Assembly (NCBI GenBank): GCA_040754075.1
Contig: JBFMDH010000017.1
Coordinates: 50,585 to 114,584 of the forward strand
Direction of reading: 5' to 3'
Source: Acidobacteriota bacterium
GTDB lineage: Bacteria > Acidobacteriota > Blastocatellia > UBA7656
Length of the DNA stretch: 64,000 nucleotides
The position numbers were made by a program, and so were the translations under genes. Below the pieces are notes generated by a model. It searched no databases and was not told where the DNA came from. It saw only the letters and a list, made by a program, of their open reading frames with translations. Within the stretch, counting starts at the first letter, position 1; each line of letters starts with the position of its first letter. Shown one piece after another: positions 29,666 to 40,394 of the stretch.

Positions 29666-30727
29666 TTAACGTCGGTTCAACTCTTCCGGCGAAGGCATCG
29701 GCATCATCTGCACAGACGAAGGCGAAGCAGGCAGTTGCCCTTTCGGTTTTTCTTTTGCCGTCGCTTTATTTTCGGCGCTGCCGGTTAAATCGCCGAATAC
29801 CTCTTTGAAAGCGCCAACCGATGAAAGCACCGAAGAGGTTTCCACCGGCATAAAGACTACTTTCGAGTTTTGACTTGAAGCCATCTGCGTCAGCGATTCA
29901 ATATAGCGTTGCATCAGCAGGTAGTAAGCCGGATTGCCCTGCGAAATCGATTCGGCGATTTGTTGAATAGCCTGCGCTTCGGCTTCCGCAGAACGCAAGC
30001 GGGCTTGCGCAGCACCTTCGGCGCGCAAAATCGCAGAGGTTTTTTCACCTTCGGCGCGGGTGATAGCCGATTGTTTATCACCTTCGGCGCGAGCAATCGC
30101 CGCCTGTTTTTCACCATCGGCTTGTAAAATCAATGCGCGGCGTGTGCGTTCGGCGGTCATCTGTTTTTCCATCGTCACCCGCACATCTTCAGGCGGATGA
30201 ATGTTGCGAATTTCGACGCGCGTAACCTTCACGCCCCATTTGTCTGTCGCTTCATCAAGCACGGCGCGCAGTTTACTGTTAATCAAATCACGCGAAGTGA
30301 AGGTATGGTCGAGGTCGAGTTCACCGATGATGGCGCGCATCGAGGTGATGGTGAGTTGCATGATTGAACCCGTGAGGTCGGCGACTTCATACACCGCTTT
30401 AATCGGGTCGGTGATTTGATAATAGAGCACCGAATCAATTGCCACCGTGACATTGTCGCGGGTGATGACCGGTTGCGGCGGAAAGTCGAGCAATTGTTCG
30501 CGTAAATCGAGGGTTGCAAAACCGGGCTTTTGTCCTGACCAATACACGGCACGGGGTTTGTCAATAAACGGCAGAATGATATTGAGTCCGCTGGTTGCCA
30601 GTTTATGAAATCGCCCGAGGCGTTCGATAATTAAAACTGAGGCTTGCCCGACCACACGAAAAGATTTCAACAGGGTGATAAAAACGGCGAATGCGATGGC
30701 TCCGAGAACAATTAATCCGGCTTCCAT
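29666..30727 (-). CDS. SPFH/band-7 (stomatin-like) protein
   Basis: 353 aa with an N-terminal TM segment and an SPFH core (RVVGQASVLIIERLGRFHK...). It has a coiled-coil AEGEK-type repeat region. Confidence 0.85.
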   Translation of the reverse strand: MEAGLIVLGAIAFAVFITLLKSFRVVGQASVLIIERLGRFHKLATSGLNIILPFIDKPRAVYWSGQKPGFATLDLREQLLDFPPQPVITRDNVTVAIDSVLYYQITDPIKAVYEVADLTGSIMQLTITSMRAIIGELDLDHTFTSRDLINSKLRAVLDEATDKWGVKVTRVEIRNIHPPEDVRVTMEKQMTAERTRRALILQADGEKQAAIARAEGDKQSAITRAEGEKTSAILRAEGAAQARLRSAEAEAQAIQQIAESISQGNPAYYLLMQRYIESLTQMASSQNSKVVFMPVETSSVLSSVGAFKEVFGDLTGSAENKATAKEKPKGQLPASPSSVQMMPMPSPEELNRR

Positions 30728-30731
30728 ATTT

Positions 30732-31223
30732 TCAATCTCCTTTTAAACTTTTTGGTGCGCGCCAGGACGGCACGGCATCATAGTGCCTGACGTAAACCGA
30801 GGCGCCTTCGACACGTTCAATAATCACCTTTTCGCCATTATTCAGCGGTTCTTCATCAAGCGAAAAAGCCCGCCACGTCGAACCCGAAACGCGCACCGCG
30901 CCTTCTCGCGTCGACCCGGCGGAATCTTCGACAACCACCCCGATCAAACCCGGCAACGCTTCAACGCCGGTTTTGAGTTCACGACCCGGCGAACTTTTAA
31001 GAATGAAACGCTCGAATATGGTGCGTGAAGCAATGGTTAATAAAATCGATACGATTAAGAAAACAACAATCTGTAGAGGAAGCCCGGCGATACCGGCGAG
31101 CGCAAGCAGTCCGGCAACCAACGCGCCAACGCCAAACCAGAGTAACACAAACCCCGATGTGAAAATTTCGGCGACGGCGAATAATGCCGCCAGGATGAAC
31201 CAGATGTACCAGAGCTTATCCAT
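30732..31223 (-). CDS. NfeD-family membrane protein (partner of the SPFH protein)
   Basis: 163 aa with three N-terminal TM segments plus a C-terminal OB-like domain (VRVSGSTWRAFS...VIIERVEGASVYV). There is a 4-nt gap to the SPFH gene. Confidence 0.8.
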   Translation of the reverse strand: MDKLWYIWFILAALFAVAEIFTSGFVLLWFGVGALVAGLLALAGIAGLPLQIVVFLIVSILLTIASRTIFERFILKSSPGRELKTGVEALPGLIGVVVEDSAGSTREGAVRVSGSTWRAFSLDEEPLNNGEKVIIERVEGASVYVRHYDAVPSWRAPKSLKGD

Positions 31224-31444
31224 ACTTGCTCCTGACGAAAGTTTACTGTGCTACTGACCACGCCTCAAGAACGACAATTTAATATGCGCCAATTGTATTG
31301 AAGGATGGCTTCAAGGAAAAGTGTCAAGACACAAAACCACGAAGAATTACCAGTGCGCCTTTTCGCAAACCCAAACTTGCTGCCCGTTTCGGTCTTGCCT
31401 GCCTTTAGCTGACTGCAAGCCAGGGCTTTCGTAGAAAACCAAAT

Positions 31445-33949
31445 TTAATTCGGCAAGCTGGGACTTGTTGCAGTCAGTGCCAGGCGCACCTTTTCCAAAA
31501 GCGCTTGCGTGGTGAAAGGTTTCTGCAAGAAAGCAATGTGGGGTTTCAAAATGCCATGATAGACAATCACATCATCGGTATAGCCTGACATATAGAGCAC
31601 CTTTAAGTTTGGTCGTTTGATTAAAAGCTGGTCAGCGAGTTCCCGTCCGTTCATTTTCGGCATCACCACATCGGTCACCAGCAATTGAATCTCATTTGCA
31701 TAAGATTCGCTCATCTCAAGGCACTGTTCACTGTTGGCTTCGAGTACGACATAGCCATACTTCCCCAATATTTCGCACATCACCTGACGGATGGCGCTTT
31801 CGTCTTCAACCACTAAAATGGTTTCAACTCCTTTCAGCGATTCGATGTGCCGGTGTTCCGGGATATATTCTTCGTCAACAGCATCAGCCTGTGGCAAGTA
31901 AATTTTTATGGTTGTTCCGCGCCACGGTTCACTATAAATAGTAATATGTCCGCCGCTTTGCTTGACGATGCCATGCACCATCGCCATTCCCAGCCCGGTT
32001 CCTTTGCCGCGCGGTTTGGTGGTGAAAAACGGCTCAAAGATGTGATTGAGGGTTTCGGCATCCATTCCTATTCCGGTATCACTAATGGCAAGCATGACAT
32101 ACCCGCCGGAGGTAACTTCGATGTGTTGTTTGGCATAAGTTTCATCAAGATAGATATTCGACGTTTCAATAATCAGGTTGCCGCCGCGCGGCATGGCATC
32201 ACGGGCGTTGGTGGCAAGGTTCAACATCACCTGTTCAAGTTGTCCGCGGTCGGCTTTTACGGCTTTTAACCCGGAATCTAAATTTGTTTGTAAATGAATA
32301 TCCTCGCCTATCAAGGGTTCGAGCAGAGCCAAGATGTCATCGACCACGACATTCAGGTTGAGCAACTCAACTTCCAGCACCTGTTGGCGACTGAACGCCA
32401 GAAGTTGCTGGGTTAATTTCGCCGCCCGCATCGCCGAATCCTTGATGATTTCCACTTTCTGACGAACGGGTTCAGCTGGCGAATAACTCGGGCGCAGCAG
32501 CAGTTCGCTGGTGCCGATGATAATCGTGAGAACATTATTAAAATCATGGGCAATGCCTCCTGCCAATTGCCCGACGGCTTGCAGTTTCTGCGACTGGCGC
32601 AGTTGGGCTTCTAATTCTTTGCGTTCTGTAATGTCAATCCCTGCTCCTAAAAGGCACAGTTGTTCACCGAACTTGATTACTTCGGCAGAGTACAGCAGGG
32701 CGCGAACCTCGCCATGTTTCGTTCGTATATTGACTTCCTGATTGCGTACAGGCTTCTGCTCTCGAAGCATCTTTTCTGCCAGGGCGAAATCTTCAATGTT
32801 GGCGAACATATTGATCTCTGAAATTTGGTGGTTGACGACCTCTTCACGCTTGTAATCCGTGAGATTCAGGAAGCTATTATTGACATCCAGTACCAGATGT
32901 TCCTGAGTGATTGCCATAGGCAAGGGGCTGGCATTAAAAGCCTGTGAAAACCGCTCTTCGGAGGCGCGCAGGGCTTCTTCAACTTGTTTGCGCTCGGTCA
33001 CATCGTTGGCTACCATCAACACGCCTTGCTGTCCATCTAACTCGATGATTTCCGCAGACAGCAGATGGGTGCGTAACTCGCCGCTTTTGACACGAAAATT
33101 AATCTCAAGGTTGTGAATCGCTCCCTCTTCCTTGAGCAACCGCATAATCTTGAATCGGTCTTCGGGCTTTTCGTAGATATTCAATTCTACCGTGGTGTGA
33201 CCGATGACCTCTTCGCGACTGTAGCCGCTATTCTTTAGAAAGGTATCATTGGCATCGATGATACGCCCTTCGATGCCTATCGTCATCGAGAGCGGGCTGG
33301 CATTGAACGCTTTTGCAAATTTGGCTTCTGAGGAGCGCAACGCTTCCTCGGCGCGTTTTCGTTCGGTCAACTCGGCGCGCGCGCGGTTGAGCGCGCGGTT
33401 GACGCTTGACATCGCCAGATGCAACAGGAGAGCCGCAAGAATAGACCAGATGGCTTGATCGAGAAGAATTTCCTTTGGCGTATAGGTAGAGGATTGGCTA
33501 GGCAAGACCCCGCGCGCGACGCCATAGCGGATGACAACGTTGGCTGCCAGGCTCAAAGCCGCGAAGAGAAACGCGGCACGACTGCCGAGCAACAAGCCGG
33601 CAATCAATACCAACACGACAACCCCAGCCACACTAGGGGGGTGAGGACCTGCGGTGTTCGCCCATACGAAGACTTGACTTGCCCACGCAGCCGTTACAAA
33701 AAAAGCGCAGGCGGCGCGCACATAACCTTTGCGCAACAACACCCAACTAATGAGAAAGGGCGGGTAGCGCACCAAAGTCCACAGCATTGACTCTCCGGGC
33801 AACAGCAGCGGCAGGGCAATTAAGTAGAAAGTGGCTATCGTGAAGCCCGCCAGCACAATGGTGTGCAACAAGGCTGCAAGGCGGGTCTTTTCCTCATTCG
33901 CTTCAAAAACAGGAGGGGCAAGAAACCGTTTGAGATAGGTAAACATCAT
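31445..33949 (-). CDS. hybrid sensor histidine kinase (multi-TM N-terminus, PAS repeats, HisKA, HATPase, receiver)
   Basis: 834 aa. It has two or three PAS-like repeats (EEALRSSE.../EEALRASEERF...), H-box GIAHDFNNVL, N and G boxes (NLATNARDAM, DTGIGM, GTGLGM) and a receiver (ILVVEDE...LLVTDVVMPKMNG...KPF). Confidence 0.9.
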   Translation of the reverse strand: MMFTYLKRFLAPPVFEANEEKTRLAALLHTIVLAGFTIATFYLIALPLLLPGESMLWTLVRYPPFLISWVLLRKGYVRAACAFFVTAAWASQVFVWANTAGPHPPSVAGVVVLVLIAGLLLGSRAAFLFAALSLAANVVIRYGVARGVLPSQSSTYTPKEILLDQAIWSILAALLLHLAMSSVNRALNRARAELTERKRAEEALRSSEAKFAKAFNASPLSMTIGIEGRIIDANDTFLKNSGYSREEVIGHTTVELNIYEKPEDRFKIMRLLKEEGAIHNLEINFRVKSGELRTHLLSAEIIELDGQQGVLMVANDVTERKQVEEALRASEERFSQAFNASPLPMAITQEHLVLDVNNSFLNLTDYKREEVVNHQISEINMFANIEDFALAEKMLREQKPVRNQEVNIRTKHGEVRALLYSAEVIKFGEQLCLLGAGIDITERKELEAQLRQSQKLQAVGQLAGGIAHDFNNVLTIIIGTSELLLRPSYSPAEPVRQKVEIIKDSAMRAAKLTQQLLAFSRQQVLEVELLNLNVVVDDILALLEPLIGEDIHLQTNLDSGLKAVKADRGQLEQVMLNLATNARDAMPRGGNLIIETSNIYLDETYAKQHIEVTSGGYVMLAISDTGIGMDAETLNHIFEPFFTTKPRGKGTGLGMAMVHGIVKQSGGHITIYSEPWRGTTIKIYLPQADAVDEEYIPEHRHIESLKGVETILVVEDESAIRQVMCEILGKYGYVVLEANSEQCLEMSESYANEIQLLVTDVVMPKMNGRELADQLLIKRPNLKVLYMSGYTDDVIVYHGILKPHIAFLQKPFTTQALLEKVRLALTATSPSLPN

Positions 33950-34118
33950 AGCTGCTCTTCCGGCAATCGCTTCCTGAATACAGCTTGAGAGAAGCGAAAT
34001 TTTGAGGGGATGATTGAACGTTTAAGTGCAAAAGAATCAATGTAAACATTTTCGCGCCACTGCATTCTACCGCTTTCGACCGCTTTGATGAAGGTTTTTC
34101 CCGCGTACTCGACAGCCT

Positions 34119-35213
34119 TCAGCCGTTTCGCAAACAGAATTCCTGCCACAGCCGATGAAAATGATGGACGCCATTTTCAAAGCGTTTGGAAAACCGTCCT
34201 TGCGTATAAGAGATAGACCGCAATCCGCGCTGCACAGCTTCACAGATTTCAATATCTTCCTGCTGAATTTCATCGCTGAAATGAACCGTGCCCAACATTC
34301 TCTGCTGACTTTCTAATGAATGACTGTCGTGTGCAAACCATTCAAAAATCGTCAGGGTTTTTTCCGGGCTGAGCGGAATAATCAAATTGGTCGAAAGGGT
34401 TTCGGGATTGAGATTGACCATGAGATTGGGAAAGACCCAGAAATAGAGGGCATCGGTTTTGCCGTCGCTCTCATAACGGCGAGTTCTATCATCGGCAGAG
34501 GTTTTACGAATCGGCGCATCCTGCAAAGAATGATAACGAAAGGTTCGCGTATGATAATTGGCAAAATCCAGTTCCTGCATTAATCCCGGATGCACCATCG
34601 GCAGATGATAGCCTTCGAGATAGTTATCAACATAGACTTTCCAGTTACAATCAATCAGGTAATCGCGGCGCTCGACAAATTGCATGTTTGCAATATTGAA
34701 AGGACGGATGCGCTCGGAAAGGTCAGCAAAAAATTCTCCAAACGGAGGACTCGTTTCATCGAGACTCACAAAAATGAATTGCTCCCAAACCTCGACACCA
34801 ACCGGCACCAGCCCATATTCCGTTTTGTTGAAATGTTCAACGCCTTCAAAATAAGGCGTGCTGAGCAAGCTGCCATCAAGGGCATAAGCCCAGCCGTGAT
34901 AGGCGCACTGAAAGGCTTTTCGGCAACCCGTGCCGTTTGCCACAGGTCCCGCGCGATGGCGACAGACATTGAAAAAGCCGCGTATTTTTTCATCCTTGCC
35001 GCGCACTAAAACGAGCGGCTCACCCGCAATCTCGGTTGTGAAAAAACTCCCGGCGTCGGGTAATTGCTCCAGGCGTCCGACCAGTTGCCAGGTGCGATTA
35101 AAAATTCGCTGTTTTTCGAGGGCTAAAATTTCTTCGCCGAAATAGACGCTTGCGGGAAGCGTTTTGGCTGTCGCCAAATTTTCATCAATCGTAAAATCCA
35201 ATGGGTTCATCAT
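34119..35213 (-). CDS. Rieske non-heme iron oxygenase, alpha-subunit-like
   Basis: 364 aa. Rieske ligands CRHRAGPV...CAYHGWAY and an iron motif region NYLEGYHLPMVHPG. Confidence 0.8.
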   Translation of the reverse strand: MMNPLDFTIDENLATAKTLPASVYFGEEILALEKQRIFNRTWQLVGRLEQLPDAGSFFTTEIAGEPLVLVRGKDEKIRGFFNVCRHRAGPVANGTGCRKAFQCAYHGWAYALDGSLLSTPYFEGVEHFNKTEYGLVPVGVEVWEQFIFVSLDETSPPFGEFFADLSERIRPFNIANMQFVERRDYLIDCNWKVYVDNYLEGYHLPMVHPGLMQELDFANYHTRTFRYHSLQDAPIRKTSADDRTRRYESDGKTDALYFWVFPNLMVNLNPETLSTNLIIPLSPEKTLTIFEWFAHDSHSLESQQRMLGTVHFSDEIQQEDIEICEAVQRGLRSISYTQGRFSKRFENGVHHFHRLWQEFCLRNG

Positions 35214-35244
35214 TCAGTTGATTATACGCGGTCAGGCAGCTTGT

Positions 35245-35277
35245 AAAAAAGAAGGGGCGAGAGTGTCTCGCCCCTTC
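35245..35277 (-). terminator. rho-independent terminator of the small secreted protein gene
   Basis: Stem gaaggggcgaga/tctcgccccttc (35251-35277), followed on the minus strand by TTTTTT (35245-35250). Confidence 0.75.
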
Positions 35278-35304
35278 CAATTAAACTTTGCGTGATGCGT
35301 TAGG

Positions 35305-35682
35305 CTATTTGGTTTCCACTTTTTTAATCGAAGTTACAGCAATAGATTTCTTGCCATCCTTTTCCGTAACTACGCCTTTGACCTCGACCATTTCAGCGAC
35401 AAACGGAATGAGCTTTTCATTCTTGTTGGCGCTGTAATCGCCGGTTATCGAATAGACAATATTCTTTTCATCAACGATTGCCAGTTGATTGCCACGTTTG
35501 GCGCATGACAGTGCACAGGCTTTGTGTCCTTCACCGCGCGCGCCGTTTTTGCCATCGTAACAAGGTTGATCAACAACTTCACCTTTAATGGTGACCTCGT
35601 TGTCGCTCGTTCTCGCTGCGACGGCGATGGATGTGCCGATCATTAGCATTACTATCGCTAGATAGATTAGTGTTTTTCTCAT
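35305..35682 (-). CDS. small exported Cys-containing hypothetical protein
   Basis: 125 aa with a signal peptide (LAIVMLMIGTSIAVAA) and four Cys residues in CYDGKNGARGEGHKACALSCAKRG. No family recognised. Confidence 0.6.
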   Translation of the reverse strand: MRKTLIYLAIVMLMIGTSIAVAARTSDNEVTIKGEVVDQPCYDGKNGARGEGHKACALSCAKRGNQLAIVDEKNIVYSITGDYSANKNEKLIPFVAEMVEVKGVVTEKDGKKSIAVTSIKKVETK

Positions 35683-35777
35683 TGCCTGCTCCTTTCAATT
35701 TTTGATTCCACTAGAGTGAGGGTCGAAAATATTTAATTGGGTTCCGTCCGTGATTATACAAACTTCATCGCAAAAGT

Positions 35778-37676
35778 CTAAGTCGCGCGCGCCGTTTTCG
35801 TTTTTTTGGAAATCGGCTTTTCCGCAGGTTCGGATTTTTTCTTTAAATTCTCTTGTTGCTTTTTGCTTTTTTCTACTTCCTCAAGACATACGGCGGCAAG
35901 CGCGAGAATGCCTAGCGCGCGTTGCGAACGGTCATCAAGACTGCGCGCCCGGTAAAGCCCGCCGTCAAAATCGAGCGGCGCAAGCAGGCGAAAGACTTTT
36001 TCCAAATCGAAACCTTCAACGCCATAACCGTAATAGGAACTGAATTGTTTGCCTTCGATTTTTTGTTGCACATAAGCGGTTGAGAAATTCGGATTGTCGA
36101 GACTGTTGATGGTCTTAACCGCTTCGGTCATCACTTCAAAGGCGCGCAAGGGTTCAATCTTGACGTAAAGAAACACCACGCCGAGCAGGGTTCGCGCTTT
36201 TTCGTTGGTGTTCGGCGCTTTGTAGGCAAGCGTTAAAACCTCATCAAGCGCATCTCTGGCGCGGGGCTTCTCCTCGGCTTTTTTCAGCGCGGCGGCAGCG
36301 ATTTCATACGAGAGATAAGCCCGCAAATCCAACTGCTCGACGTTTTTTGCCAGTTGCGAAGCTAGAAAAAAATCGCCGTCTTTTACGGCTTTTTGGCTGC
36401 GTTTGAAATAGGTGAAGGCGAACAATTGCTGACGCAATTTTTCATCATCAATTTTGCGAATCAGACTGATGATTGTATCGAGGCTGATGTCATTGGAGGC
36501 GTTCAACACAGCAAATGCCATTGCCATTTCACGTTTGTCGGGGTCGGCTTCGCGCTCTGCCTTTTCAGAATATTTCGTAAAAGCATCGCTGTTTGGTTGC
36601 ATCCGCAAAGCGATGTCTTTGTGTTGATTTTGCACCTGCCCTAACGCTTGCCGCATTTCGGGTGTGAGCGCGCCGTTGAGAAAACTTTTCAGTTCAATGA
36701 TGCGATTGACATAAGCGGGTTGATACTCGGCGGCAATGCCTTCGAGATGGTCTAAAGCAAAAATCAATTGCGAAACTTCAGGCAATTTATACGCCCCGCT
36801 TATCGGTTGTTCAGGCAATCTGAGGGTTGCTTCGGCGCGCGCGAGCAAGCTTTCAATAAAGAGTTGCTGCATTGCCGGATTCGCCGTTTCGCTTTTAGGT
36901 TTGCCAAAACCATTCATATAGATTTCTGTGCCGATGTTGCGGTCGCGTAAGAATGGATAGGCAGTTAAAAACAGAAATTCATTGATCGGCGCGTTGGCAT
37001 AATTTCTAACGGCGTCTTGATAAAGCTGGTCTGCCAGCGGTTGATTGACCTCAAGGATGGCATAAAGCGCCGGCCCGATGGATGATGTCAGCGGATAGCT
37101 GAAGGTATTGCGAACAAACGTGGCAGCGGTTTGCGGGTCACTTTTTGCCGTGTCGATTGCCATTTGCAAAAGCTTGTCTTCAAATTTTTGTTGATAACTG
37201 TTGCGGGATTTGGCTTCGCTGGCTGCGGCTTCAGCCTGCTTGCGGGTCTCTTCGGCGACGCGCACGGCAAGTTGTTTCGCCCACGCGCCATCACGTCGGG
37301 CAATCGCCTGCATGACGACGAATCGTTGGTCTGGAAGCAGGGTTAAACTTCTGCCATCACGAATCGACTCGTCGCCTTTGTCTTTGAAATGTTGTTCGGC
37401 AAGGTCAAAAGCTTCGGCGAAAACTTTTCGCGCCTGCGCTTCTCTGGCTTTCCAGAGCAAATCGGCAGCGCGAATCATCACAGCGATTTTTTTATTCACT
37501 GCTTCAATTTTTTTCGCTTCATCGAGTTGCTGGTCAATCAACCAAAAGGCGCGCGATTCATCGCATTTGGCAGGCTGCTCGTCATTTTGCGCTGAGATTT
37601 TGAAAGCCGTGGTTTGAATGAGCAAAACCGAAGCAAAAGCAAAATGCAATAACCGTTTGCTGAAGGAAGGTCGCAT
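35778..37676 (-). CDS. exported alpha-helical hypothetical protein
   Basis: Trimmed to ATG 37676 with GGAGG upstream. Signal peptide MRPSFSKRLLHFAFASVLLIQTTAFKISAQ, then 633 aa of helical, Ala/Lys/Glu-rich sequence. No family recognised. Confidence 0.6.
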   Translation of the reverse strand: MRPSFSKRLLHFAFASVLLIQTTAFKISAQNDEQPAKCDESRAFWLIDQQLDEAKKIEAVNKKIAVMIRAADLLWKAREAQARKVFAEAFDLAEQHFKDKGDESIRDGRSLTLLPDQRFVVMQAIARRDGAWAKQLAVRVAEETRKQAEAAASEAKSRNSYQQKFEDKLLQMAIDTAKSDPQTAATFVRNTFSYPLTSSIGPALYAILEVNQPLADQLYQDAVRNYANAPINEFLFLTAYPFLRDRNIGTEIYMNGFGKPKSETANPAMQQLFIESLLARAEATLRLPEQPISGAYKLPEVSQLIFALDHLEGIAAEYQPAYVNRIIELKSFLNGALTPEMRQALGQVQNQHKDIALRMQPNSDAFTKYSEKAEREADPDKREMAMAFAVLNASNDISLDTIISLIRKIDDEKLRQQLFAFTYFKRSQKAVKDGDFFLASQLAKNVEQLDLRAYLSYEIAAAALKKAEEKPRARDALDEVLTLAYKAPNTNEKARTLLGVVFLYVKIEPLRAFEVMTEAVKTINSLDNPNFSTAYVQQKIEGKQFSSYYGYGVEGFDLEKVFRLLAPLDFDGGLYRARSLDDRSQRALGILALAAVCLEEVEKSKKQQENLKKKSEPAEKPISKKTKTARAT

Positions 37677-37808
37677 AACAAACCTCCGACGATGGTTTGA
37701 TTTGATGATGCAGCGCGAGCCTTTGAGCAAGCTAAACCCAATGCCGTTTCACCAGGTCGCGCCAGCCGTTTGAACGTAGGGCGCTCAAAGTTTACCCGAA
37801 GCTCGCTC

Positions 37809-37840
37809 AAAAACAAAAGAGGCGTTCATCAGAACGCCTC
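37809..37840 (-). terminator. rho-independent terminator after the GMC oxidoreductase gene
   Basis: Stem gaggcgtt/aacgcctc (37819-37840), followed on the minus strand by a T-rich run (ttttgttttt, 37809-37818). Confidence 0.65.
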
Positions 37841-37870
37841 ACAAAATGAAAGCATCTTCTCAATCGCAAT

Positions 37871-39571
37871 TTACAAATTGCCGCGTTTTGATTCGCTGAC
37901 GATGTAATCGCAAGCGCGGGCGGTGAGCGCCATCATCGTGAGCGTCGGATTTTGACAACCCGATGAGACAAAGCACGCGCCATCGGTGACAAATAAATTT
38001 TTCACGTCCCAACACTGGTTGAATTTATTTAACACGGAAGTTTTCGGGTCATTGCCCATGCGCGCGGTGCCGAGTTCGTGAATCGCCAAGCCCGGAGGAG
38101 CCAGCCGCCCGTTGGTATAGAGAATTTCAAACTTGGCTTCGGTTGCCATCTCTTTCAAGGTTTCGAGCGCCTCTTTTGCCATCTCGCGTTCATTATCGGA
38201 ATGCTGGCATTCGATGTGCGCCACCGGAATTCCCCAGGCGTCTTTTTTATCGTTGTTGATGGTGATGCGATTTTCTTTGCGCGCCAACATCTCACCAAAT
38301 GCTGCCATACCGAATGGCGCGGGGTCTTCGGCTTCGCGCACCATCTTCTTAAAGGTCGAACCGAAACCGGCAATCCTTGCCATGTTGGTCGGCAACATGC
38401 CGCGTTGCGAACTGCCTTGAATGCCGTAACCGCGAAGGTATTTTTGTTGTTTGTCACTGCCGACGTTGCGGAATTTCGGAATGTAGATGCCGTTGTTGCG
38501 CCCGTCATCGAAGTTGTAGCGCGATTTGGTCAATTGCGGAATCACCCCGCCCACCCAAATCGAATAGGTGTGGTCAAAGAGATATTGACCGAGCACGCCG
38601 GATGAATTGCCGACGCCATTTGAATGTTGGCGGGTGGCGCTGTTTAACATCAGGCGGGTTGATTCCAATGTCGAGGCGCATAGTACAACGACTTTGCCGT
38701 AAACCTCTTGAGCTTTTTTGGTGAGACGGTCAACGAAGGCGACGCCTTTTGCCTTGCCGGTGTTGGCGTCCATGATGAGGTGGCTGGCGACTGCATTTGG
38801 TCTCATGGTCAGGCGTCCGGTTTTGGCGGCAGCGGGCAAGGTCGAACCCGGACTGCTGAAATAAGAATAGGTGGTGCAGCCGCGTTCGCAATGTCCGCAC
38901 CAGTGACAGACGGCGCGACCATTGTGATTTTGCGTGAGGATTGCCGAACGTCCGATGGTGACGCGACGGTCTTTCCAACGCCGTTCAACGGCGTTTTTCA
39001 ACAACCATTCGCCGCAGGTAAATTTCATCGGCGGCAGAAATTTTCCATCGGGGAGTTGTTCGAGTCCTTCAGAGTTGCCGCTGATGCCAACGAAGAGGTC
39101 AACTTTATCGTAATAAGGCGCGAGGTCTGCATAAGCGATCGGCCAATCTTCGCCGTACCCGTCGCGGCTCGCCGCTTTAAATTCATAATCGCTCAAGCGG
39201 TAAGATTGTCGTCCCCACATCAAGGTACGCCCGCCGATTTGGCGACCGCGAATCCAATCAAAGGGTTTGCCTTCGGCTGTCGTGTAAGGGTTATCAACAT
39301 CATCAACGAAGAACTGATGACCATATTCATTACAAGCGTAACATTTCGATTGCACCGGCTGACGTTTGTAGAGTTGTTGTTGATTGATGGTTCCCCGATA
39401 CTTCACTTCGTAAGGCCATTTGTGTTCGGTATATTCTTTCATCGGGTCAACCTTGCGCCCGGCTTCCAAAACAATGACGCGCATTCCCGCTTCGCAAAGT
39501 TCTTTGGCAGCCCACCCGCCGGTCGCGCCCGAACCGACAACAATCGCGTCATAGACAACTTGCTTCGCCAT
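37871..39571 (-). CDS. GMC-family FAD-dependent oxidoreductase
   Basis: Trimmed to ATG 39571 with GGGAGAGG upstream. FAD fingerprint [19 protein letters not shown]. The C-terminus has the conserved GMC region (HELGTARMG...[14 protein letters not shown]). Confidence 0.85.
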   Translation of the reverse strand: MAKQVVYDAIVVGSGATGGWAAKELCEAGMRVIVLEAGRKVDPMKEYTEHKWPYEVKYRGTINQQQLYKRQPVQSKCYACNEYGHQFFVDDVDNPYTTAEGKPFDWIRGRQIGGRTLMWGRQSYRLSDYEFKAASRDGYGEDWPIAYADLAPYYDKVDLFVGISGNSEGLEQLPDGKFLPPMKFTCGEWLLKNAVERRWKDRRVTIGRSAILTQNHNGRAVCHWCGHCERGCTTYSYFSSPGSTLPAAAKTGRLTMRPNAVASHLIMDANTGKAKGVAFVDRLTKKAQEVYGKVVVLCASTLESTRLMLNSATRQHSNGVGNSSGVLGQYLFDHTYSIWVGGVIPQLTKSRYNFDDGRNNGIYIPKFRNVGSDKQQKYLRGYGIQGSSQRGMLPTNMARIAGFGSTFKKMVREAEDPAPFGMAAFGEMLARKENRITINNDKKDAWGIPVAHIECQHSDNEREMAKEALETLKEMATEAKFEILYTNGRLAPPGLAIHELGTARMGNDPKTSVLNKFNQCWDVKNLFVTDGACFVSSGCQNPTLTMMALTARACDYIVSESKRGNL

Positions 39572-39836
39572 TACATACCTCTCCCTAATGATTTTTAAAT
39601 TTTGCGCGCGGAACCGTGGATAACCTTTTGTGCCTACAAATGGTGTGTTTGCCATCATAGTTGATGCCTCAGCAAAAAGCAAAAGCTTGCGATTAAAAAG
39701 CGGCTATCAATAATTGCCAACCACTTGAAGGTTTCGGGGCTTTGCTCAATCGCCTGACAACTCAACATAGACAATCCGCTGACCTGCACTTTTTTGATTG
39801 ACTTGGCAATAAAAAAGGACTAAAAGGTAGACTAAT

Positions 39837-40262
39837 ATGATCTTCTCTCGTTCAGCCGAATATGCGATTCGCGCGATGACCTTTCTGGCAAGCCTGCCGC
39901 CGGGAAGGCTAGCCGGCGCGAGAGAGATTTCCGAAGTCGAAAAGATTCCTACGCCGTTCCTTTCAAAAATATTACAAAACCTGGTGCGCCATCGTCTGAT
40001 TCGTTCTTTCAAAGGTCTGTATGGCGGTTATGAACTTGCAAAACCGCCCGATAGTATTGCCCTGGGAGCAATCATCGGCGCTATTGATAACATCGACCGG
40101 GTGAGCGATTGTGTTTTGGGAATGCCACATTGCAGCGAAGAAAATGCCTGTCCTCTGCATCACACCTGGAAAGCCATGCGCGAGAACATGGTGCAGATGC
40201 TGGAACAGAAAACCCTGGCAGATCTGGCTGAAACCGCAAAAGCGAGAAAACTTCAAAGATAA
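39837..40262 (+). CDS. Rrf2-family transcriptional regulator with a three-Cys (Fe-S type) cluster motif
   Basis: 141 aa. N-terminus SRSAEYAIRAMTFLA, wHTH region, and Cys triad in SDCVLGMPHCSEENACPLH. Confidence 0.85.
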   Translation: MIFSRSAEYAIRAMTFLASLPPGRLAGAREISEVEKIPTPFLSKILQNLVRHRLIRSFKGLYGGYELAKPPDSIALGAIIGAIDNIDRVSDCVLGMPHCSEENACPLHHTWKAMRENMVQMLEQKTLADLAETAKARKLQR

Positions 40263-40394
40263 AAATTTTTATCTTCTAAGTGGATAAGCACATCCGAATA
40301 TCTTTTGCGCGCGTTTATATCACGAGAAGCCGCTTCAACCGGGTTGAGGCTCAATCGCTAAATTTTAGCTGCGAGCTATTGAAGGGATGCTTCT

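Noticed and set aside
38708-39598. 296-aa plus-strand ORF antisense to the GMC oxidoreductase, together with similar antisense ORFs inside the TonB receptors, xylH, the kinase and others
   Set aside because: They have no recognisable motifs and are Arg/Ala/Gly-rich shadow frames. They lie entirely within well-supported genes on the opposite strand.
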